Numbered from the stretch's first letter, positions 47,269-58,410 are shown. The stretch is 64,000 bases of DNA from a bacterium (GCA_963675295.2 CAXXKJ010000002.1:1280001-1344000), one strand, 5' to 3'. A program made the numbers and translations. Notes: generated from the letters alone by a model not told the origin.

Positions 47269-48633
47269 TCACTTCACCAGCGTCAGCTTTTGCAGTTCGG
47301 CTAGCTTGCCGGGTGCTTGTACGTGCAGGAAGTAGGTCCCGCTAGCGAGCTCGGCGGCGTCGAAGGTGAAGGTGTGTTCGCCGGCAGAAAGCTGTCCATC
47401 GGCCAGGCGTGCGACTTCCTGCCCCATGACGTTGAACACCCGGATGGTGACAGCGGTCGCCGTTGGCAGCGTCACCGCGACTTGCGTGGACGCGTTGAAC
47501 GGGTTCGGGTAAACCGCCTGAACGCGATAGTCGGTTGGTGTCGCGTCGTCGTAATCGACATTCGTCGCCATCTCGAGATAGCCGTAACCGCTCGGGATGT
47601 ATTCGAACAGGTACGGCCGTAGTTCGGACGCGCTGAGAATATCATACGGGCCGACATTTTTGGCGATAATCAACCGGTGCGTAATTGTTGCCCCAAAGAC
47701 CTGTTCCAGATGCAACGGGTACAGGATCGCGATCATCTTGTTGTTCAGTCCCTGGATCAACCGATTCTGGTTGTCCCAGTTCGGGTACGTATCGTTTTCC
47801 CCGCAGAAATAGACCATGTTCTTGTGCGGATATCGACTGAGGATGAAGCTGACGCCCTTTTCTGCCATGTACGGAACGAGGTTTTCCAAGCCGAACGGAT
47901 ACCAGTTGTATTCCGGGACATAGCTCTCGAAAAGGTTGCCGACCGCCGCAAAGCCTCCGGTGTACTGCGGGCGGCTTTCGTTCAAGTACAGGAACGCGTC
48001 GATGGTTGCAGCCAGGAACAGGACCGGCGGACGCCGTGTCAGGTGAATTCCGTCCGGATCACCGAGTTCAAATTCCTCGGGTACGCTGGTCCCGCAAGCG
48101 AAACGATGGACATACGTCCCACCGCCGGAGATGACCATCGTCTGCAGATTCGGGCAGATATCGGAGACACGGTACATCAGGCTGTCCATGTACACGAAGC
48201 TGCTGACGACTGTATCTCGCGGCGCCTCGGGCCTGGACAGACCATCGAAACCGCTGTGCCAGACACGCGGCCAGTAGGCCACGTTGGTATCTTCGAGTTC
48301 GTACTCAACGACATCGTCAATGATGAGGAACTGCAGGCCAACAATCAGCGTGGTCGCTTCCGCATCGGCGGTATCCGCCTGTGCAGCTAGGCGTTGGCCG
48401 CTGATCATGACTTCACGGGTGGTGTCCGGCACGAACAGAATCGCCCGCGTGATTTCCGGGTGGATTTCATCCAGCGAATGGGACGAAAGCATCGGGGTGC
48501 TGAGTTCGATTCCGTCGAAGTTCAACGTGTAGCGGCCATCCGGCACGTTTCCCACCGGAAACGGTTGCGCCTGCACGGATACCGTTGCGACCAGCACGAA
48601 AAGTAGAAGTAGTGTCGAGTGTCTGATTACCAT
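47269..48633 (-). CDS. Secreted alpha/beta-hydrolase-like protein (degenerate) with T9SS type-A sorting domain
   Basis: Start at ATG 48633 (RBS ggagg). Paralog of 48702..49745; YPNPFNAST...KLTLVK. Confidence 0.75.
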   Translation of the reverse strand: MVIRHSTLLLLFVLVATVSVQAQPFPVGNVPDGRYTLNFDGIELSTPMLSSHSLDEIHPEITRAILFVPDTTREVMISGQRLAAQADTADAEATTLIVGLQFLIIDDVVEYELEDTNVAYWPRVWHSGFDGLSRPEAPRDTVVSSFVYMDSLMYRVSDICPNLQTMVISGGGTYVHRFACGTSVPEEFELGDPDGIHLTRRPPVLFLAATIDAFLYLNESRPQYTGGFAAVGNLFESYVPEYNWYPFGLENLVPYMAEKGVSFILSRYPHKNMVYFCGENDTYPNWDNQNRLIQGLNNKMIAILYPLHLEQVFGATITHRLIIAKNVGPYDILSASELRPYLFEYIPSGYGYLEMATNVDYDDATPTDYRVQAVYPNPFNASTQVAVTLPTATAVTIRVFNVMGQEVARLADGQLSAGEHTFTFDAAELASGTYFLHVQAPGKLAELQKLTLVK

Positions 48634-48701
48634 CCTGTCCTCCTGAATACAATCGATCCTGAACACCGTCGTTCCGCTTTCAAAGGGTTGATAGACATCG
48701 C

Positions 48702-49745
48702 TCAGCCATCCGTCCGGTTGTCGGGCGGTGGTGTGAAATGGAACAGCGGGTACCAAATCTCAGAGAAGTTCCAGATATTGCTGTGTCCCGCGCCCGGGAT
48801 CTCAAAAAACTGCGTGCGCGGTAAAGGGTATCCGTAGAATGCTTCGTGGACCTGGATGATAATTTTGCAGCGCATATTGTTGTTGAAGCCCTGCAATGCC
48901 ATCGGCAGGTTGTCGCTGTTCGCGCCGTTGTCGAGCGAACCGGCCAGGTGGTTGATCCAACGGTTCGGGTATTGTTCCCGGATATAATCGATACCACTTT
49001 CTGCAGCGTACTCGTTCAGGTTTTCCAGCCCGTACGGATACTCGTTGTAGTAGTCGATGGTCGTGGTGATGAGGTTGCATGGGACGCCGATCTCACCGCT
49101 CGAGCTCATCCGTTCCCGACTAACGTAAAGGAAGTTTCCGCTGTTCATCGGGGTGAACAAAATTGGCGGCAGATCCGGGTATTCGGTTGGGATCCGGGTG
49201 ACCGCCTGGTACCTGGCGATGTACTGCCCGGCCTCCGAATTGCCGCAGATGACGATGCAGTTCAGATTCGGGCAGATCTGGTCGGTCAGCACCACGAGTG
49301 AGTCGAGGAACGTGTAGCTGCTGACGAACACGTCACGCGGGGCGGCCGGAGTTGTGCGGCTTAAATTGCCATCTCCCCAGTCCTGGAAATTCCAGTAGGC
49401 GATATCGGAACCTTCCAGACCATGCGCCTGCAAGTCGTTCAACAACAGGAATTGCAGTCCAGCGTAGAACGTGGTATCGCTCACACCGGCCTGGTTGCCG
49501 GCGCCGACGACACGCTGCGCCATGTTGATGACATCACGGGGGCCGGGCGGAATGAAAATTACTGCCCGGGTCAGTTCGGGGTGAACACCGTCCAGGTCGT
49601 GGCTGGAAACATAGGGAACCGTTGTCGAATCTCCATCCACCGTCACCCAAAAGCGTCCGGGCGGGATGTGTTCAACAGGTTGCGCAAACACAGAGACGAC
49701 CATCAGTAGCAGCAGGCTCACGGCAAGGAAACCGGCTCGTTTCAT
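48702..49745 (-). CDS. Secreted alpha/beta-hydrolase-fold protein
   Basis: Signal peptide; GNSEAGQY nucleophile-elbow-like motif; YNEYPYGL; G..D; PGAGHS. Confidence 0.7.
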   Translation of the reverse strand: MKRAGFLAVSLLLLMVVSVFAQPVEHIPPGRFWVTVDGDSTTVPYVSSHDLDGVHPELTRAVIFIPPGPRDVINMAQRVVGAGNQAGVSDTTFYAGLQFLLLNDLQAHGLEGSDIAYWNFQDWGDGNLSRTTPAAPRDVFVSSYTFLDSLVVLTDQICPNLNCIVICGNSEAGQYIARYQAVTRIPTEYPDLPPILFTPMNSGNFLYVSRERMSSSGEIGVPCNLITTTIDYYNEYPYGLENLNEYAAESGIDYIREQYPNRWINHLAGSLDNGANSDNLPMALQGFNNNMRCKIIIQVHEAFYGYPLPRTQFFEIPGAGHSNIWNFSEIWYPLFHFTPPPDNRTDG

Positions 49746-50150
49746 AACAGCTCTCCTCGATTATTGATCGTTCTTCAACTGGTCGTACGTCATCATCATA
49801 GCCTTCTATCCAACAATCCAGAATCCAACGGAAAGAATCACAGCTCAGGCGGGCGGATGTCGTTCAACACGTCCTGCATGCGCGAGGGAGTACTCCCCGG
49901 ACCATGCTTCGCCCCCCGCGCCGCTGCGTGAAAATAGCAACATACAGTGGAACTTGTCTACTCCAAACAAACCCTGATTTCACTTCAATGCTCTCCACGG
50001 TTTCTCAGTTAAAAGCTGGGAAATCAATGATTTGGGCCAAATACTTGAAAAACCGGAACCGGAAGCTCACCGGGATCATGAAATGTGTCTCCGTTTTCTC
50101 GCTGAGTCTCGTATATTCAGCGCGAGTTCTGACATGTTCACGGAGCACAA

Positions 50151-50978
50151 ATGAGCAGCAAGGTTGGCAAGATTTTGTGGGATCTGGAACGGTTCGGATT
50201 GCCACCATCAGATAAATTCCGCGTCCGTCTGCACCCGCCCAAGGGTGCACACCCGGTGTTCGCGATCAGCATGCCGAAGTCGGGCACGCACCTGATCGAA
50301 CGCGCGCTGTGCCTGCATCCGTGGTTCTACCGCAAATTGACTGGCACGGTCAACCAGGCGAAGGTGAACAGCAACGGTCTCGCGAAATACATCCGTGGCG
50401 CGAAAGGCGGACAGTTTCTCGTCGCGCACGTGCACCATTCTCCCGAAGTCGCGAAGATCGTCAAGGACGAAGGCCTGAAGCTGCTGATCCAGGTGCGGGA
50501 CCCTCGCGATGCTCTGCTCTCCGGCATCAAGTTCAACCTGAAGCGCAAGCGCGGTGAATTCGCGAAGCAACTGGCGCAGATGAGCTCATTCGAGGAACAG
50601 TGCCGCGCCTTCTTCCACGGCACCGGCGCCAGGGGATTCGTCCCGCTGAAAGAACGCTACGAAAAGTACCGCCCATGGCTGAAAGAGGAGATCGTCATTG
50701 TCCGTTTCGAGGACCTCGTCGGCAAGCAGGGCGGTGGTAGCCGTGACGCGCAGCTCGACCTGCTGCAGCGAATGTTCGAGCACCTTGAGGCACCGTGGAC
50801 CGACAAGCTGCTGGCGCATGTCGCGGACGGCGTCTTCTCGGACAAAAGCCCGACCTTCAGCAAGGGGATGATCGGCACGTGGAAAGAGAAACTGCCCGAG
50901 TCAATGAAGGACGAGTTCAAGCAGCACGCCCAGGAGTGGCTCGTCGAATTCGGGTATGAGACCGACGACAATTGGTGA
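50151..50978 (+). CDS. PAPS-dependent sulfotransferase-domain protein
   Basis: SMPKSGTH (5'-PSB), VRDPRDA.LS (3'-PB), RFEDL, F.KG..G.WK, FGY. Confidence 0.85.
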   Translation: MSSKVGKILWDLERFGLPPSDKFRVRLHPPKGAHPVFAISMPKSGTHLIERALCLHPWFYRKLTGTVNQAKVNSNGLAKYIRGAKGGQFLVAHVHHSPEVAKIVKDEGLKLLIQVRDPRDALLSGIKFNLKRKRGEFAKQLAQMSSFEEQCRAFFHGTGARGFVPLKERYEKYRPWLKEEIVIVRFEDLVGKQGGGSRDAQLDLLQRMFEHLEAPWTDKLLAHVADGVFSDKSPTFSKGMIGTWKEKLPESMKDEFKQHAQEWLVEFGYETDDNW

Positions 50979-51118
50979 GGTTCATCTCCTCGCTCTTGTC
51001 CAATCAAACTTGATTTATCCGCAAAGGTTGTGTAATCGATAACTGTCAATGTACATTGCCAATGTAATTGAGGGACTGCGCTGTTTCGGCAGGCTGTCTG
51101 GATTATCCCGGGGGCAGT

Positions 51119-51853
51119 ATGGCAAAGCAACTAAGCGCGAACAAAAAGGATGGCGCGGACCGGCTGCAGATTGCGACGTATGTGATCACCGGCGTCCTGC
51201 TCGTCATCTTCCTGCTGGATTTCCTTGCGATCGCCGTTGGAAACGCCAACATCAACCAGATGCTGAACACACAGTTCCCGGTGCTGGCAACCTGGATGGG
51301 CACGGTGCTCGCCTTTTACTTCTCCCGTGAAAACTTCGAGAGCGCGAACAAGAACGTGCGCGAGATGGTCGAATTGACCACACGGGAAAAGCTGCAGAAG
51401 CACCAGGTGGCGGACGTCATGATTCCGTATGATCTGATCATGAATCCAATTGTCCTCGATAAGGACAACACGCCGGACACAGTTACCATTCAGGACATGT
51501 ACACCTGCGTTCCCAATGAAATCACCCGCATGTTCATCGTGACGAAGGACCACGTTCTGACTCACCTGCTTCACCGCTCGATCCTTAACCGCTTCATTGC
51601 CGCGTACGCCATGGACGACAAGCAGGGCGATCCGAAGCAGGAGACGCTGGCGACGCTGGAGAAGGATTACCCGCCGATCAAGGCCCGGGCGCAGGCGTTC
51701 GTTGCGGAGACAGCGACCCTTGCCGAAGCGAAGGACGCGATGGATCGGATTCAGGGTTGTCAGGATGTGATCATCACCAAGACCGGATTGCCGACGGAAC
51801 CGGTACTCGGCTGGCTGTCGAACATCGAGATCGGCAAGAAGTCGAGAGCCTAG
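51119..51853 (+). CDS. Two-TM membrane protein with a C-terminal CBS-like pair
   Basis: Two hydrophobic helices ending TWMGTVLAFYFS; VADVMIP; ATLAEAK..M....QDVIIT.TG...EPVLGWLS. Confidence 0.65.
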   Translation: MAKQLSANKKDGADRLQIATYVITGVLLVIFLLDFLAIAVGNANINQMLNTQFPVLATWMGTVLAFYFSRENFESANKNVREMVELTTREKLQKHQVADVMIPYDLIMNPIVLDKDNTPDTVTIQDMYTCVPNEITRMFIVTKDHVLTHLLHRSILNRFIAAYAMDDKQGDPKQETLATLEKDYPPIKARAQAFVAETATLAEAKDAMDRIQGCQDVIITKTGLPTEPVLGWLSNIEIGKKSRA

Positions 51854-51972
51854 CGTGCTGCTTCACATGGGAGAATGTGCAAACAACGTTGTCTGATCAA
51901 CCAATCCCGGCTTGCTGATTCGGCGCACGTGAAGAGGAGCAATGATGTAGGACCAGCGAAGCGTGCCACGCG

Positions 51973-52096
51973 CGTCATTCTGACGCCGCGTCCGTTGGCG
52001 GCGGAAGAAGGTCCAGATTGTCAACACTTTAACCTGAACTTTCACCTCGTCAAATTCGGCTCTTCCTCACTTCTCTTCGTTCCGTTCGGAATGACG
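51973..52096. repeat. GTCAT...ATGAC inverted-repeat miniature element
   Basis: cgtcattctga ... tcacttctcttcgttccgttcggaatgacg; right arm nearly identical to that of 32854..32973. Confidence 0.7.
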
Positions 52097-52252
52097 CTCG
52101 CCCGAGCAATTCGATTGTGATAAACAAACGCCGGATCCATCAGGGTCCGGCGTTTCTCTCTCGACCCCGCAACCCGGGGCCGAGCGGCCTGTTACGCATG
52201 GTCAAGGTACAAACGCATTCTGTCAGGCATCAAGCTGCTGGCGTCCGGTACA

Positions 52253-52822
52253 TCATGCCGACCGCACTCGCTTGAACCAGCCGCGCGCGTATTTCTCCTG
52301 CACCGGGCTTTTCCGCATCAGGTTGATGTAATGCATTCCCTGCAGCACATTCATCAGGTTGAACAGCGACAATTCGTCCTTCGCCAGCGCTGCATTCAAC
52401 GCCTTCATCGTGTTCTTGCCGAAGTCGCCGTCCTCCGCGATCTCGTCCCAGCTCGCACCGTTCCGGTTGAGCAGATTGAGTGCTTCCTGGAGGAAGTGAA
52501 CGGCGCGTGAGACACCCATGTTCACGCCGGAATCGAACAGCTCATTGGCAATCAATTGGGAGCTGAGATCGTCCCCCTGGAACGGATTCCAGTACAGCGA
52601 CTTGTAGAACGCCGCGACGGATGCGTCCAGCGCGCCATCATCGATATTCGCCGGGAAGGTGGGGTGGGACTTGAAGCCGTCAAGAATTGCCCAACCGGAC
52701 CAGTCCGGATGATGCTTGCGTGAGATGCCACGGTAGGTTTCGCCGCCACGGTCGTCCGGATCGTCCACATACCCGCCTTCATGGGCGGCTGTGATCCTGA
52801 ATGCCTGGTTGAATTGGGCCAT
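52253..52822 (-). CDS. Glycoside hydrolase family 108 N-acetylmuramidase with peptidoglycan-binding domain
   Basis: HEGGYVDDPDDRGGETYRGI, LFDSGVNMG, DG.FG.NT, GWFKRV. Confidence 0.9.
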   Translation of the reverse strand: MAQFNQAFRITAAHEGGYVDDPDDRGGETYRGISRKHHPDWSGWAILDGFKSHPTFPANIDDGALDASVAAFYKSLYWNPFQGDDLSSQLIANELFDSGVNMGVSRAVHFLQEALNLLNRNGASWDEIAEDGDFGKNTMKALNAALAKDELSLFNLMNVLQGMHYINLMRKSPVQEKYARGWFKRVRSA

Positions 52823-53082
52823 GGTGTACCTCGGGTAGGATGCCGGAACGTGCCCGCAATTAACGGGATACGGTGAAGCAGCAGGAGAGAAAGGTAGCTG
52901 GTGTGGATTTGTTAGGCAAGTCTAACTAGCGATTGGAACAACAAAGGTTGGGGACTTGAACGAGATCGGCGCCGGGGATTGGATACCCCCGACGCCCAAT
53001 GGTACGCATGCCCGGAACAGAAAATCACACAATCTCCGCCTCGCCGGAGAATCTCGGAGAGGCGGTTCAACGCTGGGGTTCG

Positions 53083-54567
53083 TCATTCGATCCAGAACGG
53101 GAAGGTGTATTCATCGACCGCGTTGGGATAGGTTCCGATGCGCACAGTCGCCTGGTACAAACCTGGATCTTGCCCCGCTGGAATCGTGGGTGCGATCGGA
53201 TAGTGTTCGACCAAGCCGGCATTCACAGTCAGCTGCCGCGATCTCGCGACCACTTCATTTCCGTCCGGCATGGTGTACACCAGCCACGCGCGGAGCGATT
53301 GCGGATCATCCGTCATGTTATTGACAGAAGCCAGCATCGAGATTGGGCCGCCGTCCGTGCTGAGTACCACCGGTGCGTGTTGCGGGATCAGACGAACACG
53401 GATGTTCGCCGGCGAAAACATTTCGTTTTCAATCCACACCAGCCCCTGTCCGTTGAGGATGGTTATATCATCGACATCTCCGTCATGATCCAGATCGGCG
53501 GCAGCCAGGCCATACCCGTTCGTCGGCAGGTATTGCAAATCGAAGCTGTCGACACCGTCGAAGATACCATGGATCAGGAAGGGGGTGCCGTGATCGAAAT
53601 AGATGGACAAATCAGGGTAACCGTCAAGATTATAATCCGTAGAATTCACCGATCCATACTGACCAAATTGAACCGGAGTCAGATCCAGGGGGTATCCATC
53701 AAAATGGATAACATCATCCGAATTGTTTTGCAGATAGATGTACTCGTTCGATCCGTACCCGAGACAATCCATATCACCATCTAGATCGAAATCTTCCCAA
53801 ACCTGGTAATCGCAGAAACCAAAGTTCGAATAGATGGGAATCGGGGTAAACTGATTTGTACCGTCATTATGTAAAACAACATGTTGCGTGAAGCGAACGA
53901 AGCCGATATCCAGATATCCATCGTTATCGACATCGACAAATTGTGGATTGGCGAACACATCGCCCGTCAGGTAATACGAATTGACCTGGAACGCGATCGT
54001 AGGAGTAAACTCGAAGGAACCATTGTTTTCATAAAGAATAATCGAGGTCCACATAACATCAATGTTCTGCTGCAGGTATACAAACGCAGCGACAATGTCC
54101 TGATCGCCATCCTGATCCACGTCTCCTGCAGCCACACCACGGTAACCCGGAAGGAACTCTGGTGGAACAGACTGGACTTCATGCACAGTCTGGTTACCAT
54201 TCTGAAGTTCAACCCAGATCAAAGTTACACCATTGTAATCCGTGTAATCTCCCAGAACCAGATCCAGATCATGGTCGCCGTCCATATCGACTACATCTTG
54301 CTGATGATATTCGTAACCGGTTACAACCAGGTTCTGGTTGGTGAATTCTCCCCAACCATTGTTCAACCAGGTATGGACCTGATTGCCGTATGGAACGGTT
54401 GCATAAACATCGCTGTCGCCGTCTTGATCCAAGTCCATACTGCCCAATCTGGAATTGATGTAGAATGACCAATCTGCGTCAATCAGATGGATTTGCTGTG
54501 CAGAGGTTAAAGCAGGAAGCAACGCGAGGAGCACGAGCGCAAAAAGGAAATTCGCCGTCGATTTCAT
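53083..54567 (-). CDS. Secreted FG-GAP-repeat protein with a terminal Ig-like domain and no sorting domain
   Basis: Signal peptide; D.D.DGD.D repeats; terminal IPAGQDPG.Y domain; AT-rich. Confidence 0.8.
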   Translation of the reverse strand: MKSTANFLFALVLLALLPALTSAQQIHLIDADWSFYINSRLGSMDLDQDGDSDVYATVPYGNQVHTWLNNGWGEFTNQNLVVTGYEYHQQDVVDMDGDHDLDLVLGDYTDYNGVTLIWVELQNGNQTVHEVQSVPPEFLPGYRGVAAGDVDQDGDQDIVAAFVYLQQNIDVMWTSIILYENNGSFEFTPTIAFQVNSYYLTGDVFANPQFVDVDNDGYLDIGFVRFTQHVVLHNDGTNQFTPIPIYSNFGFCDYQVWEDFDLDGDMDCLGYGSNEYIYLQNNSDDVIHFDGYPLDLTPVQFGQYGSVNSTDYNLDGYPDLSIYFDHGTPFLIHGIFDGVDSFDLQYLPTNGYGLAAADLDHDGDVDDITILNGQGLVWIENEMFSPANIRVRLIPQHAPVVLSTDGGPISMLASVNNMTDDPQSLRAWLVYTMPDGNEVVARSRQLTVNAGLVEHYPIAPTIPAGQDPGLYQATVRIGTYPNAVDEYTFPFWIE

Positions 54568-54687
54568 GAAAATCTCAATTTGTCAAACACCTCTTATTTT
54601 TCATAAAGTACACACAGCTATGATCGCCGTAAATAGTATTTGCGGAAATACTGCAGTTATTCGCTCCCGGAGCTAAGAACAATCAAC

Positions 54688-54716
54688 AACGCCGGAGCGA
54701 ACAAGGCTCCGGCGTT
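54688..54716 (-). terminator. Probable terminator after clpC
   Basis: aacgccggagc-gaacaag-gctccggcgtt hairpin. Confidence 0.55.
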
Positions 54717-54750
54717 GGCAAGTATAAGTAGTTTTGAACTGTCAGGGTAG

Positions 54751-57336
54751 TCAGTTCTTGCCAGGTTCAGGCGAAGCTCCCGAGGAGTCCGATTCACCGG
54801 CTTCCGCAGCGGCGGGCTTGTCCTTCTTCTTGCTCTTGCCGTTGCTGCTGCCGTTGCCGTCCGGCTTGGCGAGCAGGACGTACTTGTCGGACTTGAACGT
54901 CAGCTCGTCCTTGCCAAGGCTGACATGAACCAGGTCGCCATCCTCGACTTCACCTTTGAGCATCACTTCGGCGAGCGAATCCTCGAGGTGCCGTTCCACC
55001 GAGCGCCGCAACACACGTGCACCGGTATGCGCATCGAAACCCTTGTCGACGATGAAGCCTTTCGCCTTGTCGTCGAGGTGGAGTTCGATCTTGCGGTCCA
55101 CGAGGCGCTTGTTGATGTCCTGGATGTACATCTCAAGAATGTCGATGATGTGTTCGCGTTCGAGGTGACGGAAGACGATCACTTCGTCAATGCGGTTAAG
55201 GAATTCGGGGCGGAACTGCTCCTTGAGCGTTTTCATCATCCGCTCTTTCATCGCCTCGTATTCCTGCTGCGATTTCTCACCCGTACTGCTGGCGAAGCCG
55301 ATCGAGCCCTTGCCCGCTTCACGGCTGCCGGAGTTGGACGTCATGATGATCACGGTATTGCGGAAGTCTACCTTGCGGCGTGAACCGTCGGTCAGCTCGC
55401 CGTTGTCCAGCACCTGCAGCATCATGTTGAACACATCCGGGTGCGCCTTCTCGACTTCGTCGAAGAGGACGACGCTGTACGGCTTGCGACGGACACGTTC
55501 GGACAGCTGGCCGCCTTCATCATAGCCCACGTATCCCGGGGGCGCGCCGATCAGCCGGCTGACGTTGAACTTCTCCATGTACTCGCTCATGTCGACACGC
55601 ACGATCGCCTGCCGGTCGCCGAACAGGTGTTCGGCCAGCACATTCGCGAGTTCGGTTTTACCGACGCCGGTCGGGCCGAGGAAGACGAAACTGCCAATCG
55701 GGCGGTTCGGGTTCTTCAGGCCGGTGCGGCTGCGGCGGATCGCCTTGACGAGCTCGTGGATCGCCTCATCCTGGCCGACGATACGCTTCTGCAGCAGCTT
55801 GCGCATCTCGAGCAGACGCTCACCTTCGCTGATCGCGACGCGGTTCACCGGGATGCCGGTCATCATGCTGACGACGGCGGCGATATCCTCGGTGGTCGCC
55901 TCGATCTTGTCGTCAGACTCGTTCTGTTCCCACTCCTTGCGTGCAGCACTCAGCTCATCCTCGAGCTTGCGCTTTTCGTCGCGGAGTTCGGCGGCCTTTT
56001 CATATTCCTGGTTCTTGACCAGGTCATCTTTCTTGCGCTGCAGCTCCTCGACCTTGGATTCGAGCTCGACAATGTGCTCAGGTACGACGAGGTTTTGCAG
56101 ACGCAGGCGGCTGCCGGTTTCGTCCAGCACGTCGATCGCCTTGTCCGGCAGGTAGCGGTCGGAGATGTAGCGATCCGACAGCATCACCGACTGGCGCAGG
56201 CATTCCATGCTGAAGGTGACGCCGTGGTGGTCTTCGTAGTTCTTCTTCAGCCCGGTCAGAATTTCGATGGTTTCGTCCACGCTCGGCGGGTCTACCATCA
56301 GCTTCTGGAAGCGGCGTTCTAGCGCGCCGTCCTTTTCGATATTTTCCCGGTACTCGTTGAGCGTCGTCGCGCCAATGCACTGCAGTTCACCGCGAGCGAG
56401 CGCCGGTTTGAACATGTTGGACGCGTCGAGGCTGCCGGAGGCGGACCCCGCACCGACAATGGTGTGCAGCTCGTCGATGAAGATGATCACGTCCAGATTC
56501 TTCTCGATTTCGGCGAGCACCGACTTGACGCGTTCCTCGAACTGGCCGCGGTACTTGGTGCCGGCGACCATCGAGCCGATATCCAGCGCGATCACCCGCT
56601 TGTTGAACAGGGCAGGGGAGACCTTCTGCTGAATGATGCGCAACGCGAGGCCTTCCACGATGGCGGTCTTGCCGACACCGGGCTCGCCGATCAACACCGG
56701 GTTGTTCTTCTTGCGGCGTGAGAGGATCTGCGCCACACGCTCGATTTCCATATCCCGGCCGATGATCGGGTCGAGACGGTTGTCGCGTGCCAGCTGGGTC
56801 AGATCCCGGCCGAAGTGGTCGAGAACGGGTGTCTTTTTCTTCCCGGAAGCGGAACGAGCGCTCGGGGTTACTTCACCCGGATCTGGACTTTCCTGAGAGC
56901 TCATGTTGTCAAACTCGGCTTTAAGGGAATCGTAGGTGACGTTGTAACTGGAGAGGATCTGGGCCGGCAGGCCATCCCCATCCTTGACCAGCGCGAGCAG
57001 CAGGTGTTCGGTGCCGATCTGGTCGCTGGCGTATTGCTTGCCTTCGATGTACGAGACTTTGAGCGCCTTTTCGGCGGTTTTGGTAAAGGGGATGTTCCCC
57101 AGCTTCATGGTTGTGGTCGGCGATTCAATCGCCTCTTCAATGCTTTCGCGGATCTCATCGAGATCCACACCCAGGTTCTGCAGGCCCTGTGACGCGGTGC
57201 AATCGCGCATTTGCAGCAAACCGAGCAGCAAGTGTTCGGTTCCGATTGCGTCATGCCCGAGGCGGATCGCCTCTTCACGGGAATGCTGAATCGCCTGCTG
57301 CACCTGGTACGAGAATTTGTTCATCATGCGTTGCAT
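54751..57336 (-). CDS. clpC: ATP-dependent Clp protease ATP-binding subunit ClpC
   Basis: Two Clp_N repeats (GTEHLLL); GEPGVGKT; UVR motif [10 protein letters not shown]; GPTGVGKT; IGF loop. Start 57336 or 57327. Confidence 0.93.
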   Translation of the reverse strand: MQRMMNKFSYQVQQAIQHSREEAIRLGHDAIGTEHLLLGLLQMRDCTASQGLQNLGVDLDEIRESIEEAIESPTTTMKLGNIPFTKTAEKALKVSYIEGKQYASDQIGTEHLLLALVKDGDGLPAQILSSYNVTYDSLKAEFDNMSSQESPDPGEVTPSARSASGKKKTPVLDHFGRDLTQLARDNRLDPIIGRDMEIERVAQILSRRKKNNPVLIGEPGVGKTAIVEGLALRIIQQKVSPALFNKRVIALDIGSMVAGTKYRGQFEERVKSVLAEIEKNLDVIIFIDELHTIVGAGSASGSLDASNMFKPALARGELQCIGATTLNEYRENIEKDGALERRFQKLMVDPPSVDETIEILTGLKKNYEDHHGVTFSMECLRQSVMLSDRYISDRYLPDKAIDVLDETGSRLRLQNLVVPEHIVELESKVEELQRKKDDLVKNQEYEKAAELRDEKRKLEDELSAARKEWEQNESDDKIEATTEDIAAVVSMMTGIPVNRVAISEGERLLEMRKLLQKRIVGQDEAIHELVKAIRRSRTGLKNPNRPIGSFVFLGPTGVGKTELANVLAEHLFGDRQAIVRVDMSEYMEKFNVSRLIGAPPGYVGYDEGGQLSERVRRKPYSVVLFDEVEKAHPDVFNMMLQVLDNGELTDGSRRKVDFRNTVIIMTSNSGSREAGKGSIGFASSTGEKSQQEYEAMKERMMKTLKEQFRPEFLNRIDEVIVFRHLEREHIIDILEMYIQDINKRLVDRKIELHLDDKAKGFIVDKGFDAHTGARVLRRSVERHLEDSLAEVMLKGEVEDGDLVHVSLGKDELTFKSDKYVLLAKPDGNGSSNGKSKKKDKPAAAEAGESDSSGASPEPGKN

Positions 57337-57538
57337 CCGTTCTGAAACATCGTGCTGGTGACACAAACCTGGAGTTTGTTCACGCTGTAATATATCGGGC
57401 GCTGAGCGAGGTTGCTCACGCGCGATGCGTCTGAATGTACGCTCGGGGCAGGGAATTTGTTGTGCGACGGGTCAACCCCGAACCGCGAAAACGTATACCC
57501 TGTACCCTGTTCACGGATCGGAATGATTCTGAGTTCCC

Positions 57539-58294
57539 TCAGGGGGTCTGGAGGATCTCCGATCCGTCCGGGCGAGCGTCCTCGATGCGTCCGTCCACCA
57601 GCCGCACCACCCGGTCCGCTCGTTCGGCCCAATCTTCGTTGTGTGTGACAACCACGATACTCGATCCACGTTGCTGGACGAAGTTGATCAGGTCGCTCTC
57701 GAGTTTTCGTCCGGTGGGACGGTCGAGATTGCCGGTCGGTTCGTCGGCAAGAATCAGCTTGGGATCGTTCATCAACGCCCGCGCCACCGCGACACGCTGC
57801 TGTTCTCCGCCGGAAAGCTCCGCCGGTTTGTTCTCGAGACGGTGACCGAGTCCAAAGGATTCGAGCAACTCTTGTGCCGGGGCGGAAGCGTCCTGTGCTG
57901 AAACACCTCGCACCCGCGCCGGCATCATCACGTTCTCAAGTGCGGTGAACGCCGGCAGCAAGTGGTGGAACTGAAACACGAAGCCAATGGTGCCGCGTCG
58001 CAGCTCCGCCCGCTTCGGGCCGGGCAGGTTGGCGACATCGTGGTTCAGCAGCTTCAACGTGCCCGATGTGGGCCGTTCAAGCGTGCCGAGAATGTGCAGC
58101 AGGGTGGATTTGCCTGCGCCGGACGGTCCGACGACGGCGACAAACTCACCCGGATGCACGGCGATGTCGACCCCGCGCAGCACGTCGATCGTACGCCGTC
58201 CCTGCTGGAACGACTTGCGCACGTCGCTGGCCTCGAGGATCGGGCTGCTATCGTTCGGCAAGCTAGTGCCCACAGTTTGAGAATTATCTGGCAT
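57539..58294 (-). CDS. lolD: Lipoprotein-releasing ABC transporter ATP-binding protein
   Basis: GPSGAGKSTLLHILG, FQFHHLL, LSGGEQQR, DEPTGNLD; downstream of lolC/E. Confidence 0.88.
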   Translation of the reverse strand: MPDNSQTVGTSLPNDSSPILEASDVRKSFQQGRRTIDVLRGVDIAVHPGEFVAVVGPSGAGKSTLLHILGTLERPTSGTLKLLNHDVANLPGPKRAELRRGTIGFVFQFHHLLPAFTALENVMMPARVRGVSAQDASAPAQELLESFGLGHRLENKPAELSGGEQQRVAVARALMNDPKLILADEPTGNLDRPTGRKLESDLINFVQQRGSSIVVVTHNEDWAERADRVVRLVDGRIEDARPDGSEILQTP

Positions 58295-58410
58295 GTACTC
58301 GGTTCATCTTCTTGGTTTTCAAAACCTTAATACTGTATAATCACCGGATACTGACAGTCACAAGCGATCTACACCACCGATCACCAACCACCGCCTACCG
58401 TTCACCGATT

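Noticed and set aside
52253-52822. Prophage around the GH108 lysozyme
   Set aside because: No integrase, structural, terminase or replication genes in the vicinity.
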